This document shows positions 10,395-17,850 of a stretch of DNA of 64,000 nucleotides, piece after piece. Numbering within the stretch: position 1 is the stretch's first letter; every line of letters begins with the position of its first letter. The stretch lies in the IMG/VR virus record IMGVR_UViG_3300025120_000029; one strand, 5' to 3'. The position numbers were made by a program, and so were the translations under genes. The notes beneath the pieces were generated by a model that saw only the letters and a program-made list of their open reading frames with translations, did not search any database and was not told the DNA's origin. Source of the stretch: an uncultured virus (IMG/VR IMGVR_UViG_3300025120_000029). Taxonomy: Duplodnaviria > Heunggongvirae > Uroviricota > Caudoviricetes.

Positions 10395-11318
10395 TTATAA
10401 ACTCATTATCATATCAACAAAGTCTGGATGTGGATAACAATCCATTTTATCTTTCCTTACGTTGGTATGTGTTAACAAACCTTCTATTTTACCATAGTAT
10501 GCTTCTTCTTGAAAATCAAATCCTTTTGTAACACCATATTTTTTTATAAACTGTTTAAGTCCTAATCTAATATCTATATTATCTCTTTCACCTACAAACT
10601 TAATCCACTTTTCAGTTTCATTAATTTGTTTATCAGAATAAGAATGCCAATGCATCTTACCTCTAAACATTTCTTTTAACTCTGTTACCTGATCATCTTG
10701 ACATATACTATTAACATAGGTAGCTTTAGTGATACTATCTAAATATCCCATACTACATATTTCCAGTCCTACAGAATGTTTGTTCATAAAACCAGAACCT
10801 GTCTTTCCTAAATGATAAGCTTGATTCCCTGTATCAAATGCCTGAACCATTACACCATCATGTTCATCATTGCCATTTCTGTGATTAATGCCACCTAAAA
10901 CAAATTCAGTAGCAATTCTACCTCTTTTATCTCTACCCCACATGTCTACACAAGCATAAGGATTAGAGTTACCAGCAGTATGATGTAAAAATATATAATG
11001 ATTTTTTATAGGTCCTTTTACATATTCACCTTTTGGTAAAAAATATTTATGTATAGTTTGATTAAAGTTTGTAACGTAATGTTGTTTAGATAAATCATTA
11101 TCTTCATCAATCTCTTCAGATAACTTAAATGGTGTACTAATGAGTAATGTCCATGTCTGTGATCCAACTATACCATCAGCTACTAAACCATTGCTTAGTT
11201 GAAATCTTATAACATGTTTTTCTGTTTGAGGACCAAAATGACCATCTTGAGGTATATTAAGTTTAAGTTGTAACTTCTTTACCTCTATATTTTTATCACC
11301 TAACTTAAGAAGTCTCAT
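10395..11318 (-). CDS. Endolysin: peptidoglycan-binding domain plus N-acetylmuramoyl-L-alanine amidase (Amidase_2-like)
   Basis: N-terminal VKKLQ..L...DGHFGPQT...FQ..NGL.ADGIVG. Catalytic IFLHHTAG, AYHLG, SVGLEI, LTHTNVR.DK.DC.P. Confidence 0.85.
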   Translation of the reverse strand: MRLLKLGDKNIEVKKLQLKLNIPQDGHFGPQTEKHVIRFQLSNGLVADGIVGSQTWTLLISTPFKLSEEIDEDNDLSKQHYVTNFNQTIHKYFLPKGEYVKGPIKNHYIFLHHTAGNSNPYACVDMWGRDKRGRIATEFVLGGINHRNGNDEHDGVMVQAFDTGNQAYHLGKTGSGFMNKHSVGLEICSMGYLDSITKATYVNSICQDDQVTELKEMFRGKMHWHSYSDKQINETEKWIKFVGERDNIDIRLGLKQFIKKYGVTKGFDFQEEAYYGKIEGLLTHTNVRKDKMDCYPHPDFVDMIMSL

Positions 11319-11319
11319 A

Positions 11320-11619
11320 CTATCCTATATTAGATGCTGCTTTTTCCATTGCTTCTTTAAATGCTTTTGCATCTTCAGAGTCTGGGGCTGCGTTATCACC
11401 TTCTTTAGAAGCAGCATATGCTTGAGCTAAATACATTTGTGCTTGCATTCTTTCTGCTCTTGCCTTTTCTATTGTAGCTAATAGATCTTCATATTCAGCT
11501 TGTACAGTTAAATGAGGTATATTATCTTTATAAAAAGATGTGATTTCTTCTCTACGTGCTGCTAATTCTTCTTTGCTTAATTGTGGATCCTTATTTGGAT
11601 CAAGATTTAATTCTGCCAT
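11320..11619 (-). CDS. Hypothetical coiled-coil protein
   Basis: 99 aa helical ORF with a TAnnTTTG element upstream. Confidence 0.6.
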   Translation of the reverse strand: MAELNLDPNKDPQLSKEELAARREEITSFYKDNIPHLTVQAEYEDLLATIEKARAERMQAQMYLAQAYAASKEGDNAAPDSEDAKAFKEAMEKAASNIG

Positions 11620-11645
11620 TTTAATTTTTTTAGGTTAAACTAATA

Positions 11646-11653
11646 CAAACATA
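11646..11653 (-). promoter_or_regulatory. Bacteroidota sigma-70-type -7 element (TATGTTTG)
   Basis: Matches TAnnTTTG in an intergenic gap about 27 bp upstream of the ATG at 11619. Confidence 0.45.
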
Positions 11654-11692
11654 CATAATTAGTTTAAATAAAAAAAGTTTAAGACATTAATT

Positions 11693-11983
11693 TTACCACT
11701 TTACTTTATCTGCCCAGTATGCAGCACTCATTTTACCTTTGGCAATATTTCTTCCGTGTCTTGCTTTAAAACTTTTACGTCTTGCTTTTTGTTTAGCAGA
11801 TTCACCTGCTTTAGGTTTACCTGCAGTTTTTACACCTTGTTGACCAAAACGTATAGTTTTAACTTTGTCTCCTTGTTTAGCAACAACTACATGTGACTTT
11901 TTTGGATGTGAAGGAGTTCTTTTAGGTTTGTTATAACCTGACACTCCTGCTTTTGTTAACCTACTATCTTTTTTTGAAGCCAT
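11693..11983 (-). CDS. Small basic Lys/Arg-rich protein
   Basis: 96 aa with KTIRFGQQG...RRKSFKARH...SAAYWADKVKW. Confidence 0.7.
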   Translation of the reverse strand: MASKKDSRLTKAGVSGYNKPKRTPSHPKKSHVVVAKQGDKVKTIRFGQQGVKTAGKPKAGESAKQKARRKSFKARHGRNIAKGKMSAAYWADKVKW

Positions 11984-11985
11984 AA

Positions 11986-12228
11986 TTATCTATTTTTACC
12001 TTTGTGTAAACCATGACTAGCATGTTGTTTACCTTTTTTTGTAGCAGCTCTTTTCTTAGCGTTTGCTGCAGCTAATTTCTTTTTACCTTTCTTAGTACTC
12101 TTCAACTTAGAAATAGTCTTAGACGGAGCATATACTTCACCAGTGTCAGAAGATTTCTTTCCGCTTGCAGTTCTCCATTTCTGTTTGGTCCATCTAGTAA
12201 GACTTTTTTGTTGTTTAGTCTTTGCCAT
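11986..12228 (-). CDS. Small basic protein (QKSLxxWTxQxWxT motif)
   Basis: 80 aa, very Lys-rich: QQKSLTRWTKQKWRT...GEVYAP. Confidence 0.65.
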   Translation of the reverse strand: MAKTKQQKSLTRWTKQKWRTASGKKSSDTGEVYAPSKTISKLKSTKKGKKKLAAANAKKRAATKKGKQHASHGLHKGKNR

Positions 12229-12325
12229 TATTGCATATTATATCTTTATTTTGTGAGCAACACTCTTTTGGTGCTGCACATGCTGCTAATGTAAATAACA
12301 GAAATATTATTATTTTTTTACTCAT
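12215..12325 (-). CDS. Micro-lipoprotein (36 aa)
   Basis: Not in the track: MSKKIIIFLLFTLAAC-AAPKECCSQNKDIICNNGKD. Basic n-region, hydrophobic h-region and lipobox LAAC. The ATG overlaps the upstream stop (ATGA). Confidence 0.55.
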   Translation of the reverse strand: MSKKIIIFLLFTLAACAAPKECCSQNKDIICNNGKD

Positions 12326-12492
12326 TTTTTCTTAGCTTTAAGTTTTGCTGTTTTAGATAAGTCTTTAAAATGAACTAAAGGCTTACTAGTCTTGGTATGT
12401 GTCTTACCAGTATGTAGTTTACCATTTGCCATTTTGTGAGAACCACCTTTCCATTCAGTTCCGTTTTTTAAATAATGTTTTACACCTTTCAT
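12322..12492 (-). CDS. Small basic His/Lys-rich protein (56 aa)
   Basis: Likely start is the ATG at 12492: MKGVKHYLKNGTEWKGGSHKMANGKLHTGKTHTKTSKPLVHFKDLSKTAKLKAKKK. Confidence 0.65.
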   Translation of the reverse strand: MKGVKHYLKNGTEWKGGSHKMANGKLHTGKTHTKTSKPLVHFKDLSKTAKLKAKKK

Positions 12493-12496
12493 AATT

Positions 12497-12691
12497 TTAT
12501 TTTTTTGATTTATATCCGCCTCCGTTTGCTTTATATCTTTTTGCAAGCATTTGAGCTTTACGTGCAGACCATTGACCAGGAGCACCACCTTTACCACCAG
12601 CCTTAATTGAATTAAATAATCTCTTACGCATTGTGGGTTTAGTATAGTTTCCTGAACTATTTACCGTACTTTTCTTTTTTTTAACTGCCAT
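12497..12691 (-). CDS. Small basic protein (GGxPGQWSARKAQ motif)
   Basis: 64 aa: YTKPTMRKRLFNSIKAGGKGGAPGQWSARKAQMLAKRYKANGGGY. Confidence 0.7.
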   Translation of the reverse strand: MAVKKKKSTVNSSGNYTKPTMRKRLFNSIKAGGKGGAPGQWSARKAQMLAKRYKANGGGYKSKK

Positions 12692-13008
12692 TATTCTGAT
12701 ATTTGCGGATAAGACTTTTCCATTATTTTTTGTAGTTTAGCACATTTTTCATACTCCTCCGAGTCTATGTAGTGAAAGATCATATTCTCTAGTTGTTCCT
12801 GTGTAGGTCCAGCTATTGGGTCGTAAGCCATTACTGCCTCATGCCCTTTGTCAAACTTCTTTTCAAGTAAGTCATCAAAAGTTATTTGATTAGTTAAAAC
12901 AAAATAAGAATTATTATATGCTGTATCTAAGATTACTTGATCTAGTTGCATTTGTTCAAATTCTGTTAAACCTTCTTCATGCTCAGGTTCATTATCCCAT
13001 TGTGACAT
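12691..13008 (-). CDS. Hypothetical acidic protein with a UVR-like C-terminal motif
   Basis: 105 aa ending in EEYEKCAKLQK. Confidence 0.6.
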   Translation of the reverse strand: MSQWDNEPEHEEGLTEFEQMQLDQVILDTAYNNSYFVLTNQITFDDLLEKKFDKGHEAVMAYDPIAGPTQEQLENMIFHYIDSEEYEKCAKLQKIMEKSYPQISE

Positions 13009-13042
13009 AAGTTTTGTTTTTAGTTATACTACATCTATAAGA

Positions 13043-13050
13043 ATAATATA
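13043..13050 (-). promoter_or_regulatory. TATATTAT candidate promoter at the head of the leftward operon
   Basis: AAATTTTAGTATATTAT about 35 bp upstream of the ATG at 13008. Confidence 0.4.
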
Positions 13051-13201
13051 CTAAAATTTCTAGTCCCATAAAAATTATTTAGCACTAACATGCCCCCCAC
13101 CTGATTAAAAAAATTTCATCCCCCACCAAAGTTATGTATTTTGATAATTGTGGTTGGGTTACCCCCCGTAATATTTCCACGTTAATTAAAATTTATTAAT
13201 T

Positions 13202-13597
13202 ATGTTATATTTTTATTCCTTAAATCAAGGACAACGTACAGACGGTACTCAATTCCGTTCTATTATTGCAACTGACAAACCAGTTGCACAAACTAAGACA
13301 GTATCAATAGGTACGCAATCTGCAGGTGCAGGTGCTAATCTAAGAGCTGTCAAATATGGTGCATTTAACCCACAAGATGACAATGGTCAACAGTTATCAG
13401 CTGACAATCCTTGGTGGGATAGTTTCATAGAAGATTTCTCCATTGATATGGAAAATCCTACTAGGTCTACTGAAAGATTTAAAACGTACCAAGGTAGCTT
13501 TGGTATATTGTCAGAAGATTTAGAACTGTCAGATACCAATGTAGTTAAATCAGATGGTACTACTGCAGATAATCTTTACTATGTGAAAACTAAGTAG
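13202..13597 (+). CDS. Hypothetical protein, first gene of the rightward module
   Basis: 131 aa with an AT-rich leader, followed by a terminator. Confidence 0.65.
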   Translation: MLYFYSLNQGQRTDGTQFRSIIATDKPVAQTKTVSIGTQSAGAGANLRAVKYGAFNPQDDNGQQLSADNPWWDSFIEDFSIDMENPTRSTERFKTYQGSFGILSEDLELSDTNVVKSDGTTADNLYYVKTK

Positions 13598-13603
13598 AGT
13601 AAT

Positions 13604-13637
13604 AAGAGAGAGTGTAATAGCTCTCTCTTTGTTTTTC
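13604..13637 (+). terminator. Intrinsic terminator
   Basis: AAGAGAGAG-tgtaatag-CTCTCTCTT followed by TGTTTTT. Confidence 0.7.
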
Positions 13638-13989
13638 TTATGCAATCTGTCACATGTTTGTGGTTTTCCACTACATACTGACACATGTTTCCCGTTTTGC
13701 TCTCCTTTCCTCTTGTTTGCTCCCTTTCTTTTGATTGTATGCATAACATGTACATTAAAGTGAGTGTTAAACTGTATGTACCTGGTCTCATATCCACATA
13801 TTACCACTATTTACCACATAATAATAATCATAGCTACTTATAATATATATATAGCTAGCAACAATACAAGTGTAACTATTACACACAACAATACAACAAG
13901 GGTAGTCTTTGTCTCTCTCTCTATAGGATAATAGACATAGTACCCGGAATCTTAATCAAATAATCTCTAACTAAATAACAAAAACAATT

Positions 13990-14610
13990 ATGAAAAAACT
14001 ATTAATAATCTTATTCATGCCATTAATATCTATGGCACAACAACAAACATATGTACCAGATGATAACTTTGAGGCTGCCTTAGAGTATCTTGGTATAGGT
14101 AACGGAATACCAAATGATGACTTTGTCACTACATCTAACATAAGTGACATAACAAATCTATTAATATATAGTCAAGGTATAGCTGACCTAACAGGCATAG
14201 AAGACTTCCTTAGTTTAAGAGGCCTGAGTGTTCAGGATAACCAATTAACAAGTATAGATCTCAGTAATAATATTGCTTTAAAGATTTTAGATATTAATGA
14301 TAACCAGCTTACACAACTTGATCTAAGCAATAATCCTTTGATAGAAGTACTTCATGCATTCAACAATCCAGGCTTGGAATGTATAAATGTGTATGATATA
14401 ACACAAGCAAATACTTGGTATCCTGCTGTTCTTGATAACAATCAATACTTCAGTGAATCATGCATGTTAACAGACGTAGCTGAAACATACCAGTATAGGA
14501 GACTCGTAAAGATAATAGATCTATGGGGTAATGATGTAGTCAAATATAATCAGGCTGTCTTCTTTATCTATGATGATGGAAGCGTAGAAAGAAAAGTAAT
14601 AATCCAATAA
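13990..14610 (+). CDS. Secreted leucine-rich-repeat protein with a T9SS-like C-terminal sorting region
   Basis: Signal peptide MKKLLIILFMPLISMA-Q, then TYVPDDNFEAAL, IADLTGIEDF and LRR units L..L.V.DNQLTSIDLSNN. C-terminus RRLVKIIDLWG...FFIYDDGSVERKVIIQ. Confidence 0.75.
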   Translation: MKKLLIILFMPLISMAQQQTYVPDDNFEAALEYLGIGNGIPNDDFVTTSNISDITNLLIYSQGIADLTGIEDFLSLRGLSVQDNQLTSIDLSNNIALKILDINDNQLTQLDLSNNPLIEVLHAFNNPGLECINVYDITQANTWYPAVLDNNQYFSESCMLTDVAETYQYRRLVKIIDLWGNDVVKYNQAVFFIYDDGSVERKVIIQ

Positions 14611-14620
14611 ATCCGTTATC

Positions 14621-14854
14621 ATGAATCAAAAACAATATGAATCTTTATTAAGATATCTTAGTGAAGAAAGAGCACACCTCAAATTTAAGGAGGATGCAGT
14701 AGAATTAAACACGTATACGGGTGACATTGAGTTTACCCATCATGCAAATAAATATATCAGAGCTGAAGAAGGAGTGTTAGAAATGACCTTTGAACAGTTC
14801 GGATTCAAACCCAAGCAAAGCTTATTAGATAGACTTAAGTGTCTGTTTAATTAA
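14621..14854 (+). CDS. Hypothetical protein
   Basis: 77 aa ORF in the operon. Confidence 0.55.
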   Translation: MNQKQYESLLRYLSEERAHLKFKEDAVELNTYTGDIEFTHHANKYIRAEEGVLEMTFEQFGFKPKQSLLDRLKCLFN

Positions 14855-14883
14855 AAACCTATTAGTGATAATAGACTAACAAC

Positions 14884-15003
14884 ACCAGCTATTTATGTTA
14901 GATAATAACATGAGTAGTTAGGTCTTGTTTTTGTTTTTGTTAATTGTGGTTAGTTGATATGGCACCTGATACCTTTTCTTAACTTGTTTTGGTGTTAGGT
15001 GCC
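14884..15003 (+). ncRNA. Candidate structured intergenic RNA: two G-U-containing hairpins with a U-rich linker
   Basis: AGCTATTTATGTTA/TAACATGAGTAGTT (14 bp) and GGCACCTGATACC/GGTGTTAGGTGCC (13 bp). All non-Watson-Crick positions are G-U on the plus strand. Confidence 0.4.
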
Positions 15004-15043
15004 CTCTATCATAAATCAAAATACTAATACTAAATTTAAATAT

Positions 15044-15550
15044 ATGCCAAATACTTATAACATATCAAAACAAGCACTAATGAAGTTGCTTAATAAAATA
15101 CTAAATGTACAGGGTCACATGAACACTGATCACATATTCTCTATACTAATGACAGATCTAACTGATCATGCTAAAGAATCTATATTACATCTTGCATACA
15201 TGGATGATGAGTATGCACCATTACAAGTAGGAGACTATTGTATTGTTAAACCTAGATCATATCATCCAGGAAGTGAATTTGAATGGGACATACTAGATGA
15301 TCTCAAACTTAATCCAGGTAATGGCTATGTATATGCCAAAGTTATAGGAGATGGAGGTTGGAGTAGTACTGAGCCATACAATCCATTTCGTTCAACACTA
15401 GAATTAGAACTATTATATCATGATGCTGATGGTGTGCTCAGACCATTCAAAGATTCAATCAACCCAATGGAGTTAACATACGTTGACGTGGATGAGATTA
15501 AATACTTTGATATACTTGATACAGATAAACCAATATCAAATTATGCCTAG
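15044..15550 (+). CDS. Hypothetical protein
   Basis: Track ORF 14999-15550. The ATG at 15044 after an AT-rich leader is the more likely start. Confidence 0.6.
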   Translation: MPNTYNISKQALMKLLNKILNVQGHMNTDHIFSILMTDLTDHAKESILHLAYMDDEYAPLQVGDYCIVKPRSYHPGSEFEWDILDDLKLNPGNGYVYAKVIGDGGWSSTEPYNPFRSTLELELLYHDADGVLRPFKDSINPMELTYVDVDEIKYFDILDTDKPISNYA

Positions 15551-15737
15551 ACTATCATCAGAACTCATAAGAGATGAGTATAACAAATGGAGAAAGACTG
15601 GTGAAGAAACCGGTTTTGGTCCTTATATGAATCAGAAGTACTTCCTTAAAGATATAGAATTAATTAAAGAATTAGATACCAATATGGCTTTACTTAGACT
15701 ATTAAAAGATCATGTACAAGAACAAGACACACTATAA
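15543..15737 (+). CDS. Hypothetical protein
   Basis: Likely start MPRLSSELIRDEY at 15543, overlapping the previous stop. Confidence 0.55.
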   Translation: MPRLSSELIRDEYNKWRKTGEETGFGPYMNQKYFLKDIELIKELDTNMALLRLLKDHVQEQDTL

Positions 15738-15969
15738 GTTTGGAATAGTAACCCAAAAGGTTATATCTGATCCAAGCTTAAGTATACAAGCAAAAGGATT
15801 GTATTCATTACTATCCTGTTATGCAGACAAAGAGAGAAGTTGCTTTCCTTCTTTGTCAACACTAGCTGATACTCTAAATGTAACGCCTGACACAGTCAGC
15901 AGGTACATTAGAGAGTTAAAAGCACATAAATACATAAAGAGAGTTGGTAGAAAGCTATACATAATTTAA
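15712..15969 (+). CDS. Helix-turn-helix protein (replication-initiator N-terminal type wHTH)
   Basis: LSIQAKGLYSLL...CFPSLSTLADTLNVT..TVSRYIRELKAHKYIKR. Confidence 0.75.
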   Translation: MYKNKTHYKFGIVTQKVISDPSLSIQAKGLYSLLSCYADKERSCFPSLSTLADTLNVTPDTVSRYIRELKAHKYIKRVGRKLYII

Positions 15970-15988
15970 GCGTTAGCTATTATACTGC
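15970..15988 (+). promoter_or_regulatory. GCGTTAGCTATTATACTGC motif directly after a stop codon
   Basis: Second copy of the motif at 2430-2447 (minus strand). Confidence 0.55.
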
Positions 15989-16051
15989 ACTTTATTTTTG
16001 AATTTGAACCAAGATATTTAATTATTATTGTCTCAGAGCAATTTATTATTT

Positions 16052-16059
16052 TACTTTTG
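16052..16059 (+). promoter_or_regulatory. Bacteroidota -7 element (TACTTTTG)
   Basis: TAnnTTTG about 20 bp upstream of the ATG at 16079. Confidence 0.45.
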
Positions 16060-16078
16060 TTAGTATTAAATTAGTAAA

Positions 16079-16351
16079 ATGATAGTACAATTGCCCAATG
16101 GTAGAATAATTGAATGTTCATTAGAACAGTATCTCTCTCTTACAGATCAAGAGGTGCAGGATCTAAATGGATTAAGTTCAGCCTATACCAAAGAAGTGGG
16201 TAATCCTTTTTATAACAGCTTCTCCAGTACAACAACACCTAAGGAAATCAAAGATTCTATAGAGTTTATAGAAGAGTTTGAGCCAGCCTTAGATGAGATG
16301 GAGGCGTTTGAAAAGTTGGAAGACCCGTATTTCCATTCAGATGATGTCTAA
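16079..16351 (+). CDS. Hypothetical acidic protein
   Basis: 90 aa: MIVQLPNGRIIECSLEQYLSLTD. Confidence 0.65.
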   Translation: MIVQLPNGRIIECSLEQYLSLTDQEVQDLNGLSSAYTKEVGNPFYNSFSSTTTPKEIKDSIEFIEEFEPALDEMEAFEKLEDPYFHSDDV

Positions 16352-16396
16352 TAGTTAGACACATTAATCATTTATTAATTTAATAATCAAGAAAAA

Positions 16397-16963
16397 ATGC
16401 AAAATTTAAATCAAGAAGTTTCAATCGTAGCTGATGACATGGGTAATGTTATCAGACAATCACAAAACAATGCAGAGTATGGTCACATTAGACTAGTACA
16501 AGACAGAATCACAATCAATAATGGTTTTGTAAACAAGAAAGCTGTATCTACACTGCTACAGGGCCAAATGGAAGTGTTACAATCATTAGGTTGGGATGCT
16601 GATACTAAGCCAGGAGGTAGAATAGTAGTTCTAGAGTCTTTTACAGGTGATGACCGTAATCTAAAGATGGCTGGTCAGACAGGTGTAATCTGCAAGAGTG
16701 TAGATCAGGAGACTGGTGAAGAAAGAAACATCTATAGAACAACTAAGTTCAAGTCAGACCCAAATGCACAAGATACATTCATTGATCATACTAATGCTGA
16801 TGAAATCAGAACAGCAAATGGTGTCACTGTTAATAATGAAACTATGACACAGACTCCAGACCAAGCGTTTGAAGAAAGTGTAGAAGATGAAGTAGTAGAA
16901 GATGTAGTTGATGATAACAAAGAAGTTGAAGTAGAAGACCTAGAAAAGGAATTCTCACTATAA
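16397..16963 (+). CDS. Hypothetical protein with an acidic tail (possible ssDNA-binding protein)
   Basis: 188 aa with a beta-rich core and a very acidic C-terminus ending in EFSL. Confidence 0.6.
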   Translation: MQNLNQEVSIVADDMGNVIRQSQNNAEYGHIRLVQDRITINNGFVNKKAVSTLLQGQMEVLQSLGWDADTKPGGRIVVLESFTGDDRNLKMAGQTGVICKSVDQETGEERNIYRTTKFKSDPNAQDTFIDHTNADEIRTANGVTVNNETMTQTPDQAFEESVEDEVVEDVVDDNKEVEVEDLEKEFSL

Positions 16964-16979
16964 TTTAATTTGTTGGAGA

Positions 16980-17022
16980 TACAGTAGGGCTGGGGTAGGG
17001 TAATACCTCAGCTCTTTTGTAT
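16980..17022 (+). terminator. Intrinsic terminator
   Basis: AGGGCTGGGGTA-gggtaa-TACCTCAGCTCT followed by TTT. Confidence 0.65.
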
Positions 17023-17057
17023 TATTAAAAAATCATTAACTAAAAACCACTACTAAA

Positions 17058-17579
17058 ATGCTATCACAAAAACAATTACAAAAACTAGATCAACAGAAAC
17101 AACTAAATCTCTTAAAGTTGAGAGAAGAACGTTACCAATACTATGGTTTACTCAGTGAGTATCAATTACATCCTGAATCTATAGTAAATTCACTAAATTA
17201 TTCAAAACTAAACAAGTATCAAGTGTTCTTATTTAAAAGAGTACTACATGGTCTCAATGTCTACAAGCCTGATGAAGTTCAAAAGCTTCACTGGGATAAG
17301 AAACGTAGAATAAGCAGAGTATGGAGAAGAGCACAAAAAGAAATAAATGCTTGGAAACAAACCATTTGTAATAAGAAAGTAAATGCTTATCTTCGTAAGA
17401 CTTTTACAGGTAAAACAGTAGAATATATACTGTCTGTACCTGCAGAAGAAACATTAGAGGATTACAATAACACTATGACTTTCAAGGAGTTAGGTATTAA
17501 CTATGAAGATGTTATACTTAAGTTCTTATCATTAGGGTTATTGCCTAGAAACTTTTTTACAATAACAAATGGGAATTAA
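17058..17579 (+). CDS. Hypothetical basic protein
   Basis: 173 aa ORF. Confidence 0.6.
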   Translation: MLSQKQLQKLDQQKQLNLLKLREERYQYYGLLSEYQLHPESIVNSLNYSKLNKYQVFLFKRVLHGLNVYKPDEVQKLHWDKKRRISRVWRRAQKEINAWKQTICNKKVNAYLRKTFTGKTVEYILSVPAEETLEDYNNTMTFKELGINYEDVILKFLSLGLLPRNFFTITNGN

Positions 17580-17850
17580 TAATTATTCTAAAAAGATGTC
17601 TAAGTTAAATGCGGCATACACCAAGATGCGTGTGCCGTATTTAACAGACAATCCAGTATGTCATGCTAATATACACAACTGTAGTATTAAGGCCACAGAC
17701 ATACATCATAAACAAGGCAGAGGTTTAAACCATTTAAATGTAAACACATGGTTAGCTGTCTGTAGAAATTGTCACATGTGGATAGAAGAAAACACAGTTG
17801 AAGCAATTGAGCTGGGATTTTCTCTTCCAAGAATACAAGAAAATAAATGA
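17569..17850 (+). CDS. HNH-type endonuclease
   Basis: C...C...ATDIHH...R...WLAVCRNCH.WI. Confidence 0.7.
   Translation: MGINNYSKKMSKLNAAYTKMRVPYLTDNPVCHANIHNCSIKATDIHHKQGRGLNHLNVNTWLAVCRNCHMWIEENTVEAIELGFSLPRIQENK

Noticed and set aside
13550..13807. Minus-strand ORFs 13550-13807 and 13579-13797
   Set aside because: They overlap a plus-strand gene end and terminator, use non-ATG starts and lack recognisable features.
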